64,000 bases of DNA from the human T2T-CHM13v2.0 reference genome, Homo sapiens: the NCBI RefSeq assembly GCF_009914755.1, contig NC_060934.1; one strand, written 5' to 3'. Each line of letters opens with the position of its first letter. Position 1 is the stretch's first letter. A model generated the notes under the pieces. It was given only the letters and a program-made list of their open reading frames with translations. It ran no database searches and had not been told where the DNA came from. A program made the translations under genes and the position numbers. Positions 25,501-39,988 of this stretch are shown here, piece by piece.

Positions 25501-28500
25501 TGGGGTAGGAGACACAGGGTTATTGTTTTGTTGAACACCTCTCCCATATCCCTTCTTCTAGGAACGAGAACATTTTCCCCATGGGAAATCCATTTTTTAT
25601 AGTTAATTGGAGCTAACTTTCCTATCTAATGGCAGAGGTATGCACATAAGATTGAATCAGAGAGGTCCATCCCACAGGTTATATGATCGGGTCAATGCTG
25701 GGCACACGACCGAAGCCAGGGGAGTCAGTGTCTTCCTTGGAACTCGATGCCTGAGCCAGCTGGATCAGGGTCCAGGGCTCCCGTGTCCTTCAGGGCTCTC
25801 CTCTGCCCCCAGCTTTGCCATGGAGGCAGGGATTGGCCCTCCTTTCCCTCCTCCCAAGGTTGTCTTCCTCTTGTATTTACCACACTTGCTTTTGCCTCCT
25901 GAGAGGCCCCAGGGCTCCTACCTGTGGGCAGGGATGCTGCCTCGGGCCAGTGCATAGCAGATGTGTTCCAAGAACGAATGAGTGAAAAGCCATTTGGGGA
26001 AAGCACATCATGTCTCCAATGCCCTTCCCGGAGGAAGTCAACTGTGGTTCTGCAAACACAGCAGCCTGGGTAAATGAACGCTGTCTGCTGGTTTATCTTT
26101 TCTATGACTCTGGATTTCCACTTATTCATTGACATCAAATGAAGTATTACTGTGGGATCTTATGTAAGGTCATAAAAAGACAGACGTTTTACTTCCTGGA
26201 AAGGTAAATTGTTATTCCCTCAAAGTTAAGGAAGAAAACTTATAAGCAGGGAAACCAAAGGGGGCTGAGTGCTGACCTTGGGAGCAGATGCAGCTCCAGC
26301 ACTGAAAGAAAACATCATTAAAGGAAAGAGGCTCAAAGGCACGGAGCCCGCAGGCAACTCTCTGCGCGCCCTGCCTGTCCAGAACCTGCTGATCCCGGTC
26401 AGGATAGCGGAGGAGGGGCCAACAGAGTGCTTCCCGTGGCTTTTGTGCGTTAGCTGCCATCTGGCATTTATCTTAGAGACAGAGTGGTCAATAATTTAAA
26501 AAGTGCAAATGACTTCTATCCACTTGTAAGATGTTACAAAGGCAGAGATTTGGTTCAAAGTTGCTGCATTAAAAAATGTCTGTCTTCATGAAGACAAGCG
26601 ATTTCACATCTCTTAGAAAGAATGACAATGGTTTTCTTATCACTACCATATTACATCAATGTAGAGCCTTTGAGTCCTTAATAATGGAACACTTAGGTAT
26701 TTTGCCATTATCAAAAGATAAAATTTAGCCTTTCAGAGGGAATTTTGACACCATACTATATTTTATAATGATGTAGAAAGTGATGGATTTTAATTACCAG
26801 TTTTATCTTCAGAGTGCTATAACTTATATTTGTAATTGTAGTTTGGAAGTTCCCAATGTCATTATGTTTTTTTTGAAAGAGAAATGATGGCATCTTGAAT
26901 TAAGCCCACAATTTACTCAATCTAATCTTACTTAAAATGACTCCACGATGCAAATGTACTTCCCCAGTTCAGTCAAATCAGCTCCTCCTTCCCTGTGTCA
27001 CTGATTTCCCTAACCCCTGCCACTAACATCCACAGACAAAGGCATTTTTACAGACAACTGGAGACTGTATTGTCCTTCCCATCTCTCTTCTTCAGACAGA
27101 CCTTTGTATTCATCAGAAAATGAAGTCCAAATGAACAAATTTGATCATTTCTTTCTCACTTGATGGGACAAAAGGGAGACTTTCCTGACTTCTAAACAAT
27201 AAGACTTCTGGCAAAAATCTCTTTTTTTCCCATCTGTGGCCACAGGAGTTGTAGGTGATTCATAAATGCACTGCCCCAAGTGGGTCACAATAAACCAAGC
27301 TCATGTAAACCAGATTTGCAAATAAACACTGAGTATTCACCAGCCCATAAAAATGGTCTGGTCAGCTCACACTGCAGAAACCAAACATTAGATTCTGGTG
27401 AGTGATAAAATAGAAAAAACTAACACATTTCGGGAATTCTCTGATGCCAGTTGTTTGTGACTATAGATGTGTAGTTATCTGTAAGATTAATTGCCAAGGA
27501 ATATTTTCAGTAACCATGCTGGTGGTTCTCACAAAAAACATTGGTAAAAGTAAATTTGCTACCTAAACAAAAATATCCAGCTATATTTCAGAAGGAGTAA
27601 AGGTCATGTCATATTGACAGAAAATCTTTGTAGATATTAAGACTAAACTGGGCAAAGAGAGCTAAACGCCAACCACACAGTTTGAACTGTGAATAACATT
27701 TGTATGTTTGAAATCAACATAGGAAGTCTTGAGATACCAGATTTGTGGGACAAAAATCAGTGAGAAAAAAATTATACTCTCAGCCAACGAGAACGTACGT
27801 TATCAACAACAAAAACAATTAGAACAACAAATAAATGAACAAAAAACCCAAAGGCATTCTCAAAGTGTATTGCTTTGCCAGTTAGAAGTTGCAGGCATGT
27901 GTTTTGAATTTTCTGTTGTTTTATTTGTAGAAAGATTTGGAAGCAGGATTGTTTTATTGAAATACAACGCCAGATTGAGAAAAGCCCATTTCAAAAGGGA
28001 ATCATTAGTTGGAAGGAAGGGCTTCGTCCAGTCAGTGTTTGGGTCGCCAGATCTGGAGGGTGAGTAATGGACATCCTGAATGTAACTGGAGAATTCTGGG
28101 CAACTCAGCAACTCGGGCAAGGTCACTGGGGTGCAAATGTCAAGGGCCGGTGGGGCAAGGACTCAAGGACTCTTAGAGCTCTGAGTTCCTACATTTCCCA
28201 GGAGGCCTGTGATGACCCCAGTGCATACGTGATCCAGATCCTGAAGCATTTGCTCCTGGGTGGGGAAATACTGCAAATGCAAACTTGACAATAAGTTTTC
28301 CTTTCTGAATCATGAAAAGCTAATTCAAACCAACCACTACAACAAAGCATTGAAATGTTCTCAATGGTATATCTGGCTGGCCAGGGGCCTGGCTGAGGAA
28401 GTCACCTCCGCTCCCAGGACTGCATTTGTCCGGGATCCATGCCTCCCGGGAGGATATTGTGAAGGATTCACATCCGCACTCCCCTCCAGATCCAGGCAGG

Positions 28501-29129
28501 AGTGCACAGGGACTGTGGGAAGTGTGTCACTCTGGCAGAGTCGGGGCTCTTGAGTCAGCATCTTACACACAGCAGGACATCAACAAATACTTGACAAATG
28601 AGAGAATGGTGTGGCAGTTGAGGATCTCTGCTCTTCAAGGCACAGCCCAAGCTCTACACACACAGAACTACCTGCACTTGCCCTGGTTGGCCCCACTGTC
28701 CCTTTGTGCCCTGAGCTGTTGCTATTCTGTATACTGGAAATATCCATCCTCTTCCACCCCTGGCAAACCACTATTCCACGGCAACCTTGTCTTCAAAGCC
28801 TCCTAGTTGGCTGCTTTCCTCCACCCCAACATATCTGGCCCATGACCCTCTTACAGCCCGTTTTACAGACCCCAAGGATTTGAGTACCTTGCTCACTAGT
28901 CTAAGCTTCCTGGGAGTGCAGCTGCATCTTATTTATAGAGTTTAGATTTACTAGGAGCTCTGCATCTAGCATAGAACCACATATATTACATGGAATAGAT
29001 TATAGGCTATGTTGGAGCATAACAGACCCTTGGGGTAGGTAGATCACTATCCTTATTTTACAGATGAGGCATAACAAGGTTGAGCAATTTGCAGAAGGTC
29101 CCTTGCTAGTAAGTGGTCTGTTCAATGCC

Positions 29130-29608
29130 TGTGGCTCCCCTAAAAGGCCCACATCCTTGTCTAAAACCTATGCACATGTTATCTGACATGGCAAAAGGGA
29201 CTTTGAAGATGTGATTACTTTTAGGATCTTGAGGTGGGGAGATCACCCTGGACAATCTGGGTGAGCCTGATGGAATCAAAAGGGTCCTTATAAGAGGAAG
29301 GCAGGAGAGTCAGTGTCAGAGAAAGGGATGTGACTACAGAAGCAGAAGTCGGAGAGGGACAGAGACTTGCAGATGCTGTGCTGTTGGCCTCGAAGATGGA
29401 GGAAGGGGCCATGAGCCAAGGAATGCAAGTGGCCTCTAAAAGTTGGGAAAGGCAAGGAAACAGATGCTCCCCAGAGCCTCCCAAAGCAATGCTGCCTTGC
29501 CAGTATCTTGATTTCAGGATTTCTGACCTCCAGAACTGTAAAATGAAGCATTTATAAGCCATTAAGTTTGTGCTAATTTGTTACAGTAGCCATGGGAAAC
29601 TCACACAG
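29130..29608 (+). mobile_element. MaLR solo LTR (MLT1C/D-like)
   Basis: Motifs catggcaaaagggactttgaagatgtgatt, ccatgagccaaggaatgc, aagtttgtgctaatttgttacagtagcc. Confidence 0.85.
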
Positions 29609-32143
29609 CGCCTGTAAACTGGAAACCAGGCGGAAACACCGACAAGGGGAGGAAGGAGCACACTGCACTCCCAAAGGAGGTGGTCAAAGGCCCATTCCAA
29701 GAGCTCCCTGGCATCAAGGGCCACAGTGGGTTGCAGCCTTCCCTGCTCTCTGCTCTCCCAAGGAAGTCTGTATAATGATCTGAAGAACTGAGGAGGGGCG
29801 GGCAGGACAGACCAAAACCCAGGAAGTCACAAGCCCGAGGTGGCTTCCCAAGCCTGGTCTCTGTGCTGTGGCTTTCAGGAACCCTGAGCCAAAGATAAAG
29901 CCTCTTCACCAAAACTTTACATTTGTTACCAACAGTCCTGATGCCATGGATGTTCCATGCTGTGTGCAGTGGCCACACATGACACCACCCACCACCACCC
30001 CAGCAAAGGCCTCCTGGTTACCAGGGAGAGAGTGGGTGGGAGAGAGTAGAGCTAAGCCAGGAGCTCCCAGGGAAGCCCCCTCCTTAGGAAGAGGACGTGG
30101 CTACCTGGGTGCTCAGACCTCCAGCCTCCCCCTCCATCATGGGGATGATGAGAGCCCAAGCAGGTGACTTCCTATTGCTCTTGCTTTTGAAAAGCTCAGT
30201 CTGTGGGTCAGGTTGTCAGTCTGTCTGCCTGTCTGGTTCTCTCTCTGGTCAGGCAGCTACAGAAGGACTAGACTGATGAGATAATAAATACCAGCTTTGG
30301 TCACCATGAATCAGAGGCACACAGCCAGCTGAGTCACACAATGGGGGTGGCTCAGACAGCACTGTCGAGTTCCCTCTGACCTCACTCTGGAAACGGGGCC
30401 AGCTGTTCGAATACGGCAGGGCATTAAGGAACACATTTCACTCCCAAAGCTCCAAGTGTTGTGTGTGCTCTGGCCACAAAATGCTTTTTGGAAAGGAGCT
30501 TCATCACAGCCCTTGTAACTCAAGAAAAGGAGACTGCTGATTCTGGAGAAAGGCTGGGACGGGGACGGCACTAGGGATGCCTGAAGCCATGAAGATTTGG
30601 CCTGCAGCAGTAGCCGCAGTCCCAAAGTGACCTCAGTTGGCTAAAAGCTGCCTGAAGTCACTAAACCATGTCAAGCCCAAACACCATTCAATGTGTATAG
30701 CGAGTACTGGCTTAGTCCTTGTCATTGCAACAGGGTGTCCCCCACTGCTCCTGCCCCCTGCTTTGCCCAGGGTGCCCCAAGGCCCAGCAGGCGATGATGC
30801 CAGGACTGAGGGCTGCTCAGGGTCCAAGGATGAAGCACTAAGGGCCCGGGAACTGCAGGCCTCCCCATCCCACCTGCCCACGCGCATCCCTGAGTGCTGA
30901 GGAGCATCAGAACAACTCCTCAGAGGCCGAGCTAAAGAGGCCTGCGCTCGTCCCTCCTTGCTACCAAGCTGCCCTTTCTTTTCCCCCCCAGAAAGCTCCA
31001 AGTACAGAGGACATCGCTGGCTGGCAGGGGACATGGGCCTCCCAGCAGGACCCAGCTCCGAGAGACATCCATCTTGTTTTCCATGCCTGGGCGTGGCTTT
31101 TACATTCCATTGAAAACCCAGGCTTCGAGGTTTAGTCATCAATTTCTGTTCCACTTTATTTCCCTCATCACTCCTAAAACCAAAGCCTCACAACAAAAGT
31201 CTGACAAAGGTCCTATCAGGTTTCCCTCCCGCTAGAGATCCTGCCTGATTCTGCTTGGCTTTCAGCCTGGGCCTGGCCGACCACAAGAGGCCTTGCCAGA
31301 GCTGGGGTCTCTGGCCTGGGCTGAGGTCATTTCTGCAGCCAGCAGGAGGAGGGAGTGACAAAGGACTCAACCACATTATCATAAGGGAAAGAGAACTGCA
31401 GGACAGGGTGGGGGCTGCACTTGTGGATTTCACGGTTGGACTCCTGGGAGCTGGACACAGGCATTGAATCTCAAATGGTTCTGGGGTGACGGGGCCTTGG
31501 AGTCCAGGGCTGCCCAATGAGGCCTTGGATCTCTGACCCCAGAAGGTGGGGCATGGAGGAGAGACACGCAGGGGATGGATTCTTCCCTTTTGCATCTGAG
31601 CTTCTGCTTCATTTTGGAGCTTTGGTGGAGCTTTAGAGCAACACCTCCCTCTTCAGGGTGACTGTGCATTGTGGGAGTAACACATGGGCATTGGGTCACA
31701 GTAACCCAGGTTCAAATCCTAGCCCGGAGACCTGGGGAAACTGACATTTGGTCTCAGAGTTTGAGCATCATCTTCTGTAAAGCTTCATAGTCCCCACTTC
31801 AGGGGCTTGTTGGAGGGTCAGAAGAGACAAAGTGTGCCAAGTGCCCAGCCTGAACTGGTGAAATGGTGAACTGATGGTCTCTTGTTTGACGCAACCACCC
31901 CACTTTCCCATTTGAGAGCCACTCACTGCTGCTCTCAGGCCTTCCGATTACAGACACACTCATGCTTCAAGTCTGATCAGGGCCTTCCCCATGGAGCCCT
32001 GGGCCCCTCACTTGGTTGGGGTCCTCTTATGAGTACAAAGGGGCATTACTAAAATCTCAGTGGTGGTGGGAAAGTTCTGTCTGTCTGTCCAACTACGTGC
32101 TATGCTATCTGAGGGCAGGAGTCATGGTGGATTCATCCCTGCC

Positions 32144-32260
32144 ATCCCTCGGGGCACGCAGTAGGTGCTCCTGCAGCTCCCGTATCTCCCGGGGCACACA
32201 GGTGCTCCTGCATCTTCTGTATCCCCCGGGGCGCACAGTAGGTGCTCCTGCAGCTCCTGT
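32144..32260. repeat. GC-rich minisatellite, 3 copies of a 37-40 bp unit
   Basis: Units start at 32144, 32184 and 32221 (atcccccggggcgcacagtaggtgctcctgcagctcctgt). Confidence 0.9.
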
Positions 32261-32500
32261 TGGACCGCACTGAGCTTCTTAAGGCCAGGCTCCAGGCAGT
32301 GTCCATTTCTGTGCACCCCATGCCCAGTGCGGCCTCAGACCCTCCCTGGGAGTCAATCACTCCCGACTGAACACACCGGATGCTGTGTGGACAGCGCCCG
32401 CCAGGAGTGGGGGCTAACCAAAACAGAGCACATGCCCCCAGTCCCACAGCCCAGGTCTGCCAGTGCCTCTCCTGATGCCGAGCTTGTGGCGGCCACGTAC

Positions 32501-32696
32501 CTGGTCCCCAGAGCGTGACACACTGCTGCTCGTGAGTCTGGCAGATGCCATTGTAGCAGTAGCCGTCCACATCCTGACATGAGTGCCCATCGTGCAGGTA
32601 CACGTTGGCTGGGCAGTGAGGGCTGGCCCCTGTGCAGAACTCTGGGAGGTCACAGGAGTTGCTGGAGTCCCTGCACGCTGTTCCTGCAGGCTTCAG
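32501..32696 (-). CDS. ADAM12: ADAM12 exon ~14: disintegrin loop (CRDSSNSCDLPEFC) and start of Cys-rich domain
   Basis: Inside ORF 32133..32714. Acceptor tccttccag|, donor |gtacgt. 196 nt = 65 codons + 1. Confidence 0.97.
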
Positions 32697-34186
32697 CTGG
32701 AAGGAGAGGGCCATTTATGACACATGCACCCGGGGAAAGGGAGAGGCAGCTCTCAGCATTACTCCTGGGCTGGAGTGGACAAGGCCATAAGTCCCACATA
32801 AGGGGTGAGGATTTCAAAGGAAGTTGCTTCTAATGTAGAGATACCTCATTAAATCATCAGATTCTCGTTCTGGGGTTCACTGTTCCACTCTAAAGTGGGT
32901 GGGACAACCAAGAGCAGCCTCTGGTTAATGTCATGCAACATCAGGGTTCTCCAAGAAACACACAAGCTGGCTGCTGGCACTTGGCACCTCAGAGGAAGAA
33001 GAAGGAGGGAAGCGTTGGCTGCTGGCCTGGTTGATTCTTAAGAAAAAGGTCTCTGGGTGTCAACACTATGACACATTTCAAGGGGACATTTGCATTTATG
33101 GTGTTGGCATGTGTGGGCAAGTTAATAAAAATAACTTTAAGGTCACAATCACGATAGCAATTTTAGTCAGTCGTCAAATCATAGAACTGGAACTCTCTCT
33201 TTACTGCTTTATGGGAAGAACAGGAGAAGAACAAGGGAGAGGTAAAGGATGTTAGAAGCCATCTGACCAATGGCTCAGCTTTTTGTGGTTGAAGAAATTA
33301 AGGCTCAGAGTAGCCCGTCTGAGGCTACACAGCTAGGGAACCCTGCGAGTCCTGGGCTTAGTTCCCTGCATACTCCTCAAACGCAAAGAGATAAGACCCC
33401 TGCCAACTTCTAGAAGATCTGGAAGTCGAAAGCAATTGTTAAAAAGTCATAACCTAAAAGTGAACCACAATCAGGCATTGCCCTGTGGTCCTCCCTCCCC
33501 TTACTTGGGCATCCCCTGGGCACAGGCTCAGACTTGCTTCCCCCTTCCCCCGACTCCCTTCCAGGCACCTTCCTTCACCAGTTACTGGGAGCCAGGGAGA
33601 GCCAGCTGCTTATAACATTCCCCAGAAGTTAATCAGCATTAGGAAGAGGATGAAGGCTATTTTAAAGCCGAACATTAAATGTTATAATGCACTTCTAAAT
33701 CACCGTGCTCACGTGGGGCAGCTAAGAGGGAGTTTCCTGCAAGCAGAATGTCAGGATCAATTGCTTAATTAAAATGAAATAAAACTCTACCCTTGGAACT
33801 GTTGAATCAAAAGCTCAGGCTTCTACTCTCAGATATCAGCTCTGAATAATGAGACAATGGAACTGCCAAAAGAAACGCAGTCCTAGCCAGCAGCAATGGC
33901 GAGAGTATAAAACTGCCATTCTTGGCTGGGCGGGGTTGGTGGCAACTTCTTTTGGGAGGACATTAAGATTGAGTTGTTTATACAAAACTTCTGGGACAAG
34001 CCAGCAGGCAGATGTCCGCGGGATCAAGAAGATGAACCTGGGGGAACCTGAGTGACAGTGGATGGGGACTTGTTCTCGCCTTGCTCTTCTTGTCAGCATA
34101 GTAGAACCCCATGTGCCTCTGACGGCACAAATGGAGCATTTAAAGTTGAACTAGGGTTTATCGGTCTGATCAGTTGTCAGCCCCTA

Positions 34187-34573
<387 letters not shown>

Positions 34574-37314
34574 TTAAATGGCTGCAAAAAGCAAGAAAGA
34601 CCAAGAGGGCCCAGCTCCTGAACTGCACACCTGCCTGTTTCCGTCTGTTAGGAAAGCAAAGCTTCTGCTGTTTATGAACCAACTGGGTCTACGAGTCCCT
34701 GGAAAAAGCCAGTAGCACACAAGTGCCCTCATGAAAGGTAAAGCAGTTGTAACATAGGCTGGCCGGCTGGGGACATCACTCTAGTCAGCAGTACACTGGG
34801 GCTCTGTAGAGGGGTGTCCAGGCGGATCTCATTGCAGTGGACTGCATCAGGATCCCTGGAGGACTTTGAAATTACCCAATCAAAAATATACATAGATGCA
34901 TACAATCTGTACTCTTCAAAAATGAACCTTTTTTGATTTAGAGAGTACTGGCAGGAAATGAAGTCAAACCAGTGGTTTCAACCACAATTCCCTGCAATCT
35001 CGCCAGGGTTGTGGATGAGACCCTTGAGCAGCCCGGGTAAGTTGTCTGGCCTGACAATTCCATCACTCGGAAAGTCAGACATGGACCTTATAACAAGCAA
35101 GTGGCCGGCAGGAGGCCTGTGGGCTGTGCCCATTGATTTGCGAGGGATTTAAATGGATAGTTCAAGCATTAGATGTACTGTCCTCTCTGAAACAAAAGTG
35201 AGAAAAGAAAGTAACTCCTTTATAATGCTGTGCTCCACACGTACCCATTGCTTCCATTTTTTCCTAACAAAAACAAGAGATTGACATTTTTCGCTCAGTT
35301 CTCAACAAAAGGCCTGCACGCATTTATCAAGTGAAGTCCTTGTACTTGAGAACATTCAAGTAACTGCAGTTTACACATTTTAGAAGAAATGTAATTATCA
35401 TAAGATGGAACAGTTCATAGATCTTTAATACTGAGTAATTTATCAATGTTCTTTTATTTTATCCAGTATATGATATGCTTTGAAAAATTTATATACCATT
35501 GGCTGGGGTGAAGCTAATCACATACTAGTTTAATAATATAATACTTTACTCCTGAAAACCATCTTTCTTGAATGGATTTATCATGAGTTTTATAAATGCA
35601 ATTAATAAAATTTTGTCAATAATCCAGAAGATTTATGGCAAACCCAGATACTGAAACTATATCCTATGTAAAACTCTAATTATGCTCTCATTTGATGTTC
35701 CATTTGATTCTATTATACAGACTTCCAAAGTTATTAAATTTTAAATTTGCTTGAGGACTTTATAAACATCCAGAATGCGTAATATATACAATAAGATAAA
35801 ACTGTCAACCAGAAGTCATAGCTGTAACTTTTATGACAGTAAGGGTTTCTAACTTGTGGACTTACAATTCTAAAAGAGTTTAGGAACTTTTTTTAAAAAA
35901 AGTAGTCCATTAATTGCATTTTTAAATCAGTGTCATCAAATGCACACCACTGCTATCCTGGTCCTTATGGTCTAAATGGCTCTATGGATGACACATTTAC
36001 CAAATTACAAGTTTTCTTGAAATTCCATGTTAAATCAGCCATCCTAAATCTGGGTCCTAAAATTCTTTAAGAAATATCTTCCCCCCTCTCTCAAATCACC
36101 CAGTAATATAAGCAGCAGCTCAAATGGAAATGCAGCCATGCCAAATGGCTCTGACTTCAAAGGGGATGATAATGTGAGAAAGATAACTAAGTTTAAAAGA
36201 TATTCGCAAGCTACTGGCATCCTATTGACTTTAAACAAGGAGATAAGGCTGCTTTCCCAATCCTGTTAGCTGGAAGAATGAGTGAGTTGTCAGGATTTCC
36301 TTATGTTGATATAAATCCAATGCCCTGTCCGGGAAGGCTTCAGCAATCAACCTGCCTTCAAACCACCCAGGATCTATTTCTTCTGCAGTACCATATTTCT
36401 CAGAAGAGACACATTCTTCATCTGCTGCTACATTGATTATTTTAGTCCTCAATAGAGAAGTCCAACAGAGCCAATGAATACCAAGTCTCCAAAGAAGAAA
36501 GAATAATGAAAGCATTAGAGAATTCTCTGCAAAGCCCTAATTGTCATTCTCAGGTTGTAGGTAGCAGACACAGATTCTTAATCACAATGAACTGGGAGAA
36601 GACTAGAAGCCATCTTCTTGAAAATGATGGAGATTATTTCTGGGAGCAAGGGAGAAGCTGGTTTCCATTGGGTGCTGGCAGTTGTTTTTCGGATCCCATT
36701 TACTACTCCTTCCCTGATGTCGTAACACACTGGGTCCCTCTGTGGGCCAGGGAATGGCCAGGTCAATCTGATGTAAGGGCATGCAGAATAACCAGGGCCT
36801 GAGCACTGGGTAGGGGGATAAAGAACCCAGGTTAACAAGTCTTTTTGCCTAAAATTCTTAGGCAAAGCAGTTTGGAAACTGTAAATAGGTTGTCACACTG
36901 CCAAACACAATTTGAGTTTGAACCTTGAAACTATTATTTTCTAATAATAACTACTTGAAACTATTTTTTGAAAAGCAAAAAATAAAAAAAAGCAAATCTA
37001 AAAAGTGAGGCAAAAGGCTCACCTGTAACTTTCAAAGAAAGAACTTTGGATGAGGGGAATGAGAGCTATCTTCAAATATCAAGAAGTTATCCTACAAAAT
37101 AAGGACCTTAACCGCAGAAATACAAAGTTGGTAACTGCATGCAAGCAGTTTGGCTCTGTACAAGGAGGGAGTTTGTAATAATCAAAGCTACCCTATAATG
37201 CAACATGCCACCTGGCGAGACAGCACCCTGTCAAGCCGCATGACTCCTTCATGGAGAAAAGAGGGAGGATCAGAATATGAGTGGCTGACACATTTTAGGC
37301 ACTCAAGCATTTGC

Positions 37315-37625
37315 TGATGTGATGGTGGTGGTGGGGATAATGATAGGGGTGGGGATGGTAGCAGTGATGCTGGTAGCGATGTGGATACTGGTGTGGCCAC
37401 GGTGGTGGCAGTAGCTGTGGAGATGGCAGTGGTTACAATAGTGGGGTGATGGTGAGGGCTGTAGTGATGACGGTGGCGGCAGTGGCAGTGATATGGTGAT
37501 GATGGTCATGAGAGAAATGGTGATGATGTTGGGTGGAGGAGGTGGTGGTGGCGATTGTGGAGATGGTGATGTTAGCAATGGTGGTCGTGATTGTAGCAGT
37601 GATGTGGCTGCTGCTGGTGGCATAT
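37315..37625. repeat. Degenerate (GGT/GAT/GGC)n trinucleotide low-complexity tract
   Basis: Direct reading. It produces the Pro/Ile/Thr-rich spurious ORFs on the minus strand. Confidence 0.85.
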
Positions 37626-39170
37626 GGAGTAAATGACTGCTAACGAAATCATTCCAAACCCGAGAGTTCATGGCTTCATGAAGAGCTGTCAAATTTATTT
37701 AGATGAACAAACAATCATAAGAAGTTCAAAGACAAACCATTTTCAGCCAACATGGCCTCTCCTGAGAAAGGTGAGAAACTTAAACTAATTCATTTTTTCC
37801 TTTAAGAAATTAACAAGGCCTACAAGGAATTTCCCCTTTGCATACCCCAACCCATGATGGTTTTAAGTTTTCCTCTGCTAATCTTGAGAAGAGTTTCTGT
37901 AACACTATAATTAGGACTTGCTCCTACACAGCAACCATTCCCTGCTCATGGTGAGCAAAATTAGACACCCCTCCAGACAATGTCATTATCATGGTTAAGT
38001 TCTGAGTTTGGCAAGGGCATAAAAACATTTGAAGAAACCACTTCTACATCACATCCCCCCTTACTCCCACCCAATACTTACATACTTCCAGCGTTCTTGC
38101 AGAAACTGTCAGACCAAGCTCATTCCTCCTGGTATGGAAAACCTCAGAGACTTGAAGATGGGGATATGATGAACATTCTGTTTGCCAGTTGTTTGTGTGA
38201 TGAACACAGGAATATACCGGATGCGCCAGTCTCAACACGATTTCTCCTCCACCCTAAACTCCCTCTTTCAGAGCAGCCCTTGGAGATGCTCTTCCTAAGC
38301 CCTCATTAAGTCCATCTGTGAATTTAGCTAAGCCTGCCTTGAACTTGTCTACTATTTCAGCTTGCATAAACTCTCGGGGAGGGAGTCCCACATGGAGGCT
38401 GCCTGCTGTACAACTGCTTGCTTTGATTTATTCTAAACACAACCTCCTCCAGACTTCGAGGGGGCACCTGTTTTACTAGGAGGTCTCATGCTGTCTTCTC
38501 TCTTTCCTTCTTGAGATTATTCAGAGATTAAAAAGTGACTTTTATAATTTTTATAGTGATTATCTTGGGCCCTATTAAAACAAGGACATTTCCTGATATT
38601 GGCTGGAAAACAGGGTTAAGCCCTGTGCTAGATAAAAACGTTCCCTGCCTTCACTTATTGCTTCTGAAAGCTACAAGCTCGAGAGGCAGAAGCCTCGAGT
38701 CATGCATACAGAGGCGTCTGCAGCAGCAAGGCAGAATTTCAACTGCAGAGGAAGCTCCTGGTTAAAAATGAATGCTGCTTATTCAGATTCCCCTCTGGTA
38801 GCACACCTTATGAAGAAAAAGAAATGGTGCTTATTAGCTATTTGAAGCTAGAATTCCAGGGCTTTCTTCTCTGTCAAACTCAAAGCTAAACACTTTTTTT
38901 ATTGTTTTTGGCCTCATCTTGCTGAGAATGCTGTACCCTTCGATAGGATTATTTATCTTTTTAAATGAAGTGATCACTTATTCCATGCAATAGTTAAAAT
39001 TCAAGAAAGCCACCCTAGCTCACGGGGCTTGTTCAGGATGGGCAGATAGGACTCTTCCTTCCTGAGTACTAGTACTTTCATCTGGCTGTACAGTTCCTCC
39101 AAGTTCTCTCTTCTTTGCCTAGCCGAGGATACAAGTCTTCTTGTATCCTTGTTCTGGGAATGGTTCTTAC

Positions 39171-39348
39171 CTCTGGCTCCCCACAGTCACACTCCTCTCC
39201 TTCTTCCACAAATCTGTTCCCACACTTCTGGCCCCCGAAAGACTCCCTGACTTCCGGCAGGTTAAACAGGCACACCCCCATTCCTTTCTCCAGGCTGGTC
39301 TCCAAGTCCTTCCTGCTGCAACTGCTGAACACCATGGGAAATGGGTAC
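39171..39348 (-). CDS. ADAM12: ADAM12 exon ~12: end of metalloprotease / start of disintegrin domain (G+YPFPMVFSSC...EECDCGEPE)
   Basis: Inside ORF 39078..39482. Acceptor ctttctcag|, donor |gtaaga. 178 nt = 1 + 59 codons. Contains the CGN...EEGEECDCG ADAM signature. Confidence 0.97.
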
Positions 39349-39988
39349 CTGAGAAAGGAGAGCCCAGAACAGTAAGTCACAGGGCATGGAATGGCTTTGT
39401 CTGCCCTTCTTGTGCCCACAAGAAGGCACCCACCGGCCACATCTGCCCAGGTGTTCACTGGTGGTCTCAATGAACAATGCATATCAAAAAACTCAGATAT
39501 GCAGTGTCAAGTGAGGCACATTCAGTTCCATCCCGACATCCATTCCGTACAGTGCCAACGCGGCTGATGAAGAAGTGCTTTATCAAAAAAGAAATGATCT
39601 TTCGATGGTTTTCAAATCAATAAGTTCAGGCAGAGTCTCATTAAAGACATTATTAATAGTTCTGGGTGAAATGATGCTACGAAAAGTGAATTCGTAGGGA
39701 CTGTAGCTTGTAATACAAACACATAACAATGTCCTTATTGGAAAGTGCAAAGAAGAAAAGAGTACAAATGACGGTGTTTATTAATTCCATGGTTCCAAGG
39801 ACACATGGTTCCACTGTAGGGCAGGGCCTGCTGATGCTGGCATTCAGGTCTATAAAGGCCAAGTCCCTATCTTCCCCCAGCACAGTTGTAAGAGAATGGA
39901 GGTGATCCAGAAATGCAGGTCTTACCCTTGTCTCTAAATTCCACGGTGTGGCAGGGTCTAAACAACCGGGTGCCTCTAAACAACCGGG

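Noticed and set aside
32144-32260. Repeat with CRISPR-like unit length
   Set aside because: Head-to-tail units with no unique spacers, in a primate intron with no cas genes; it is a minisatellite.
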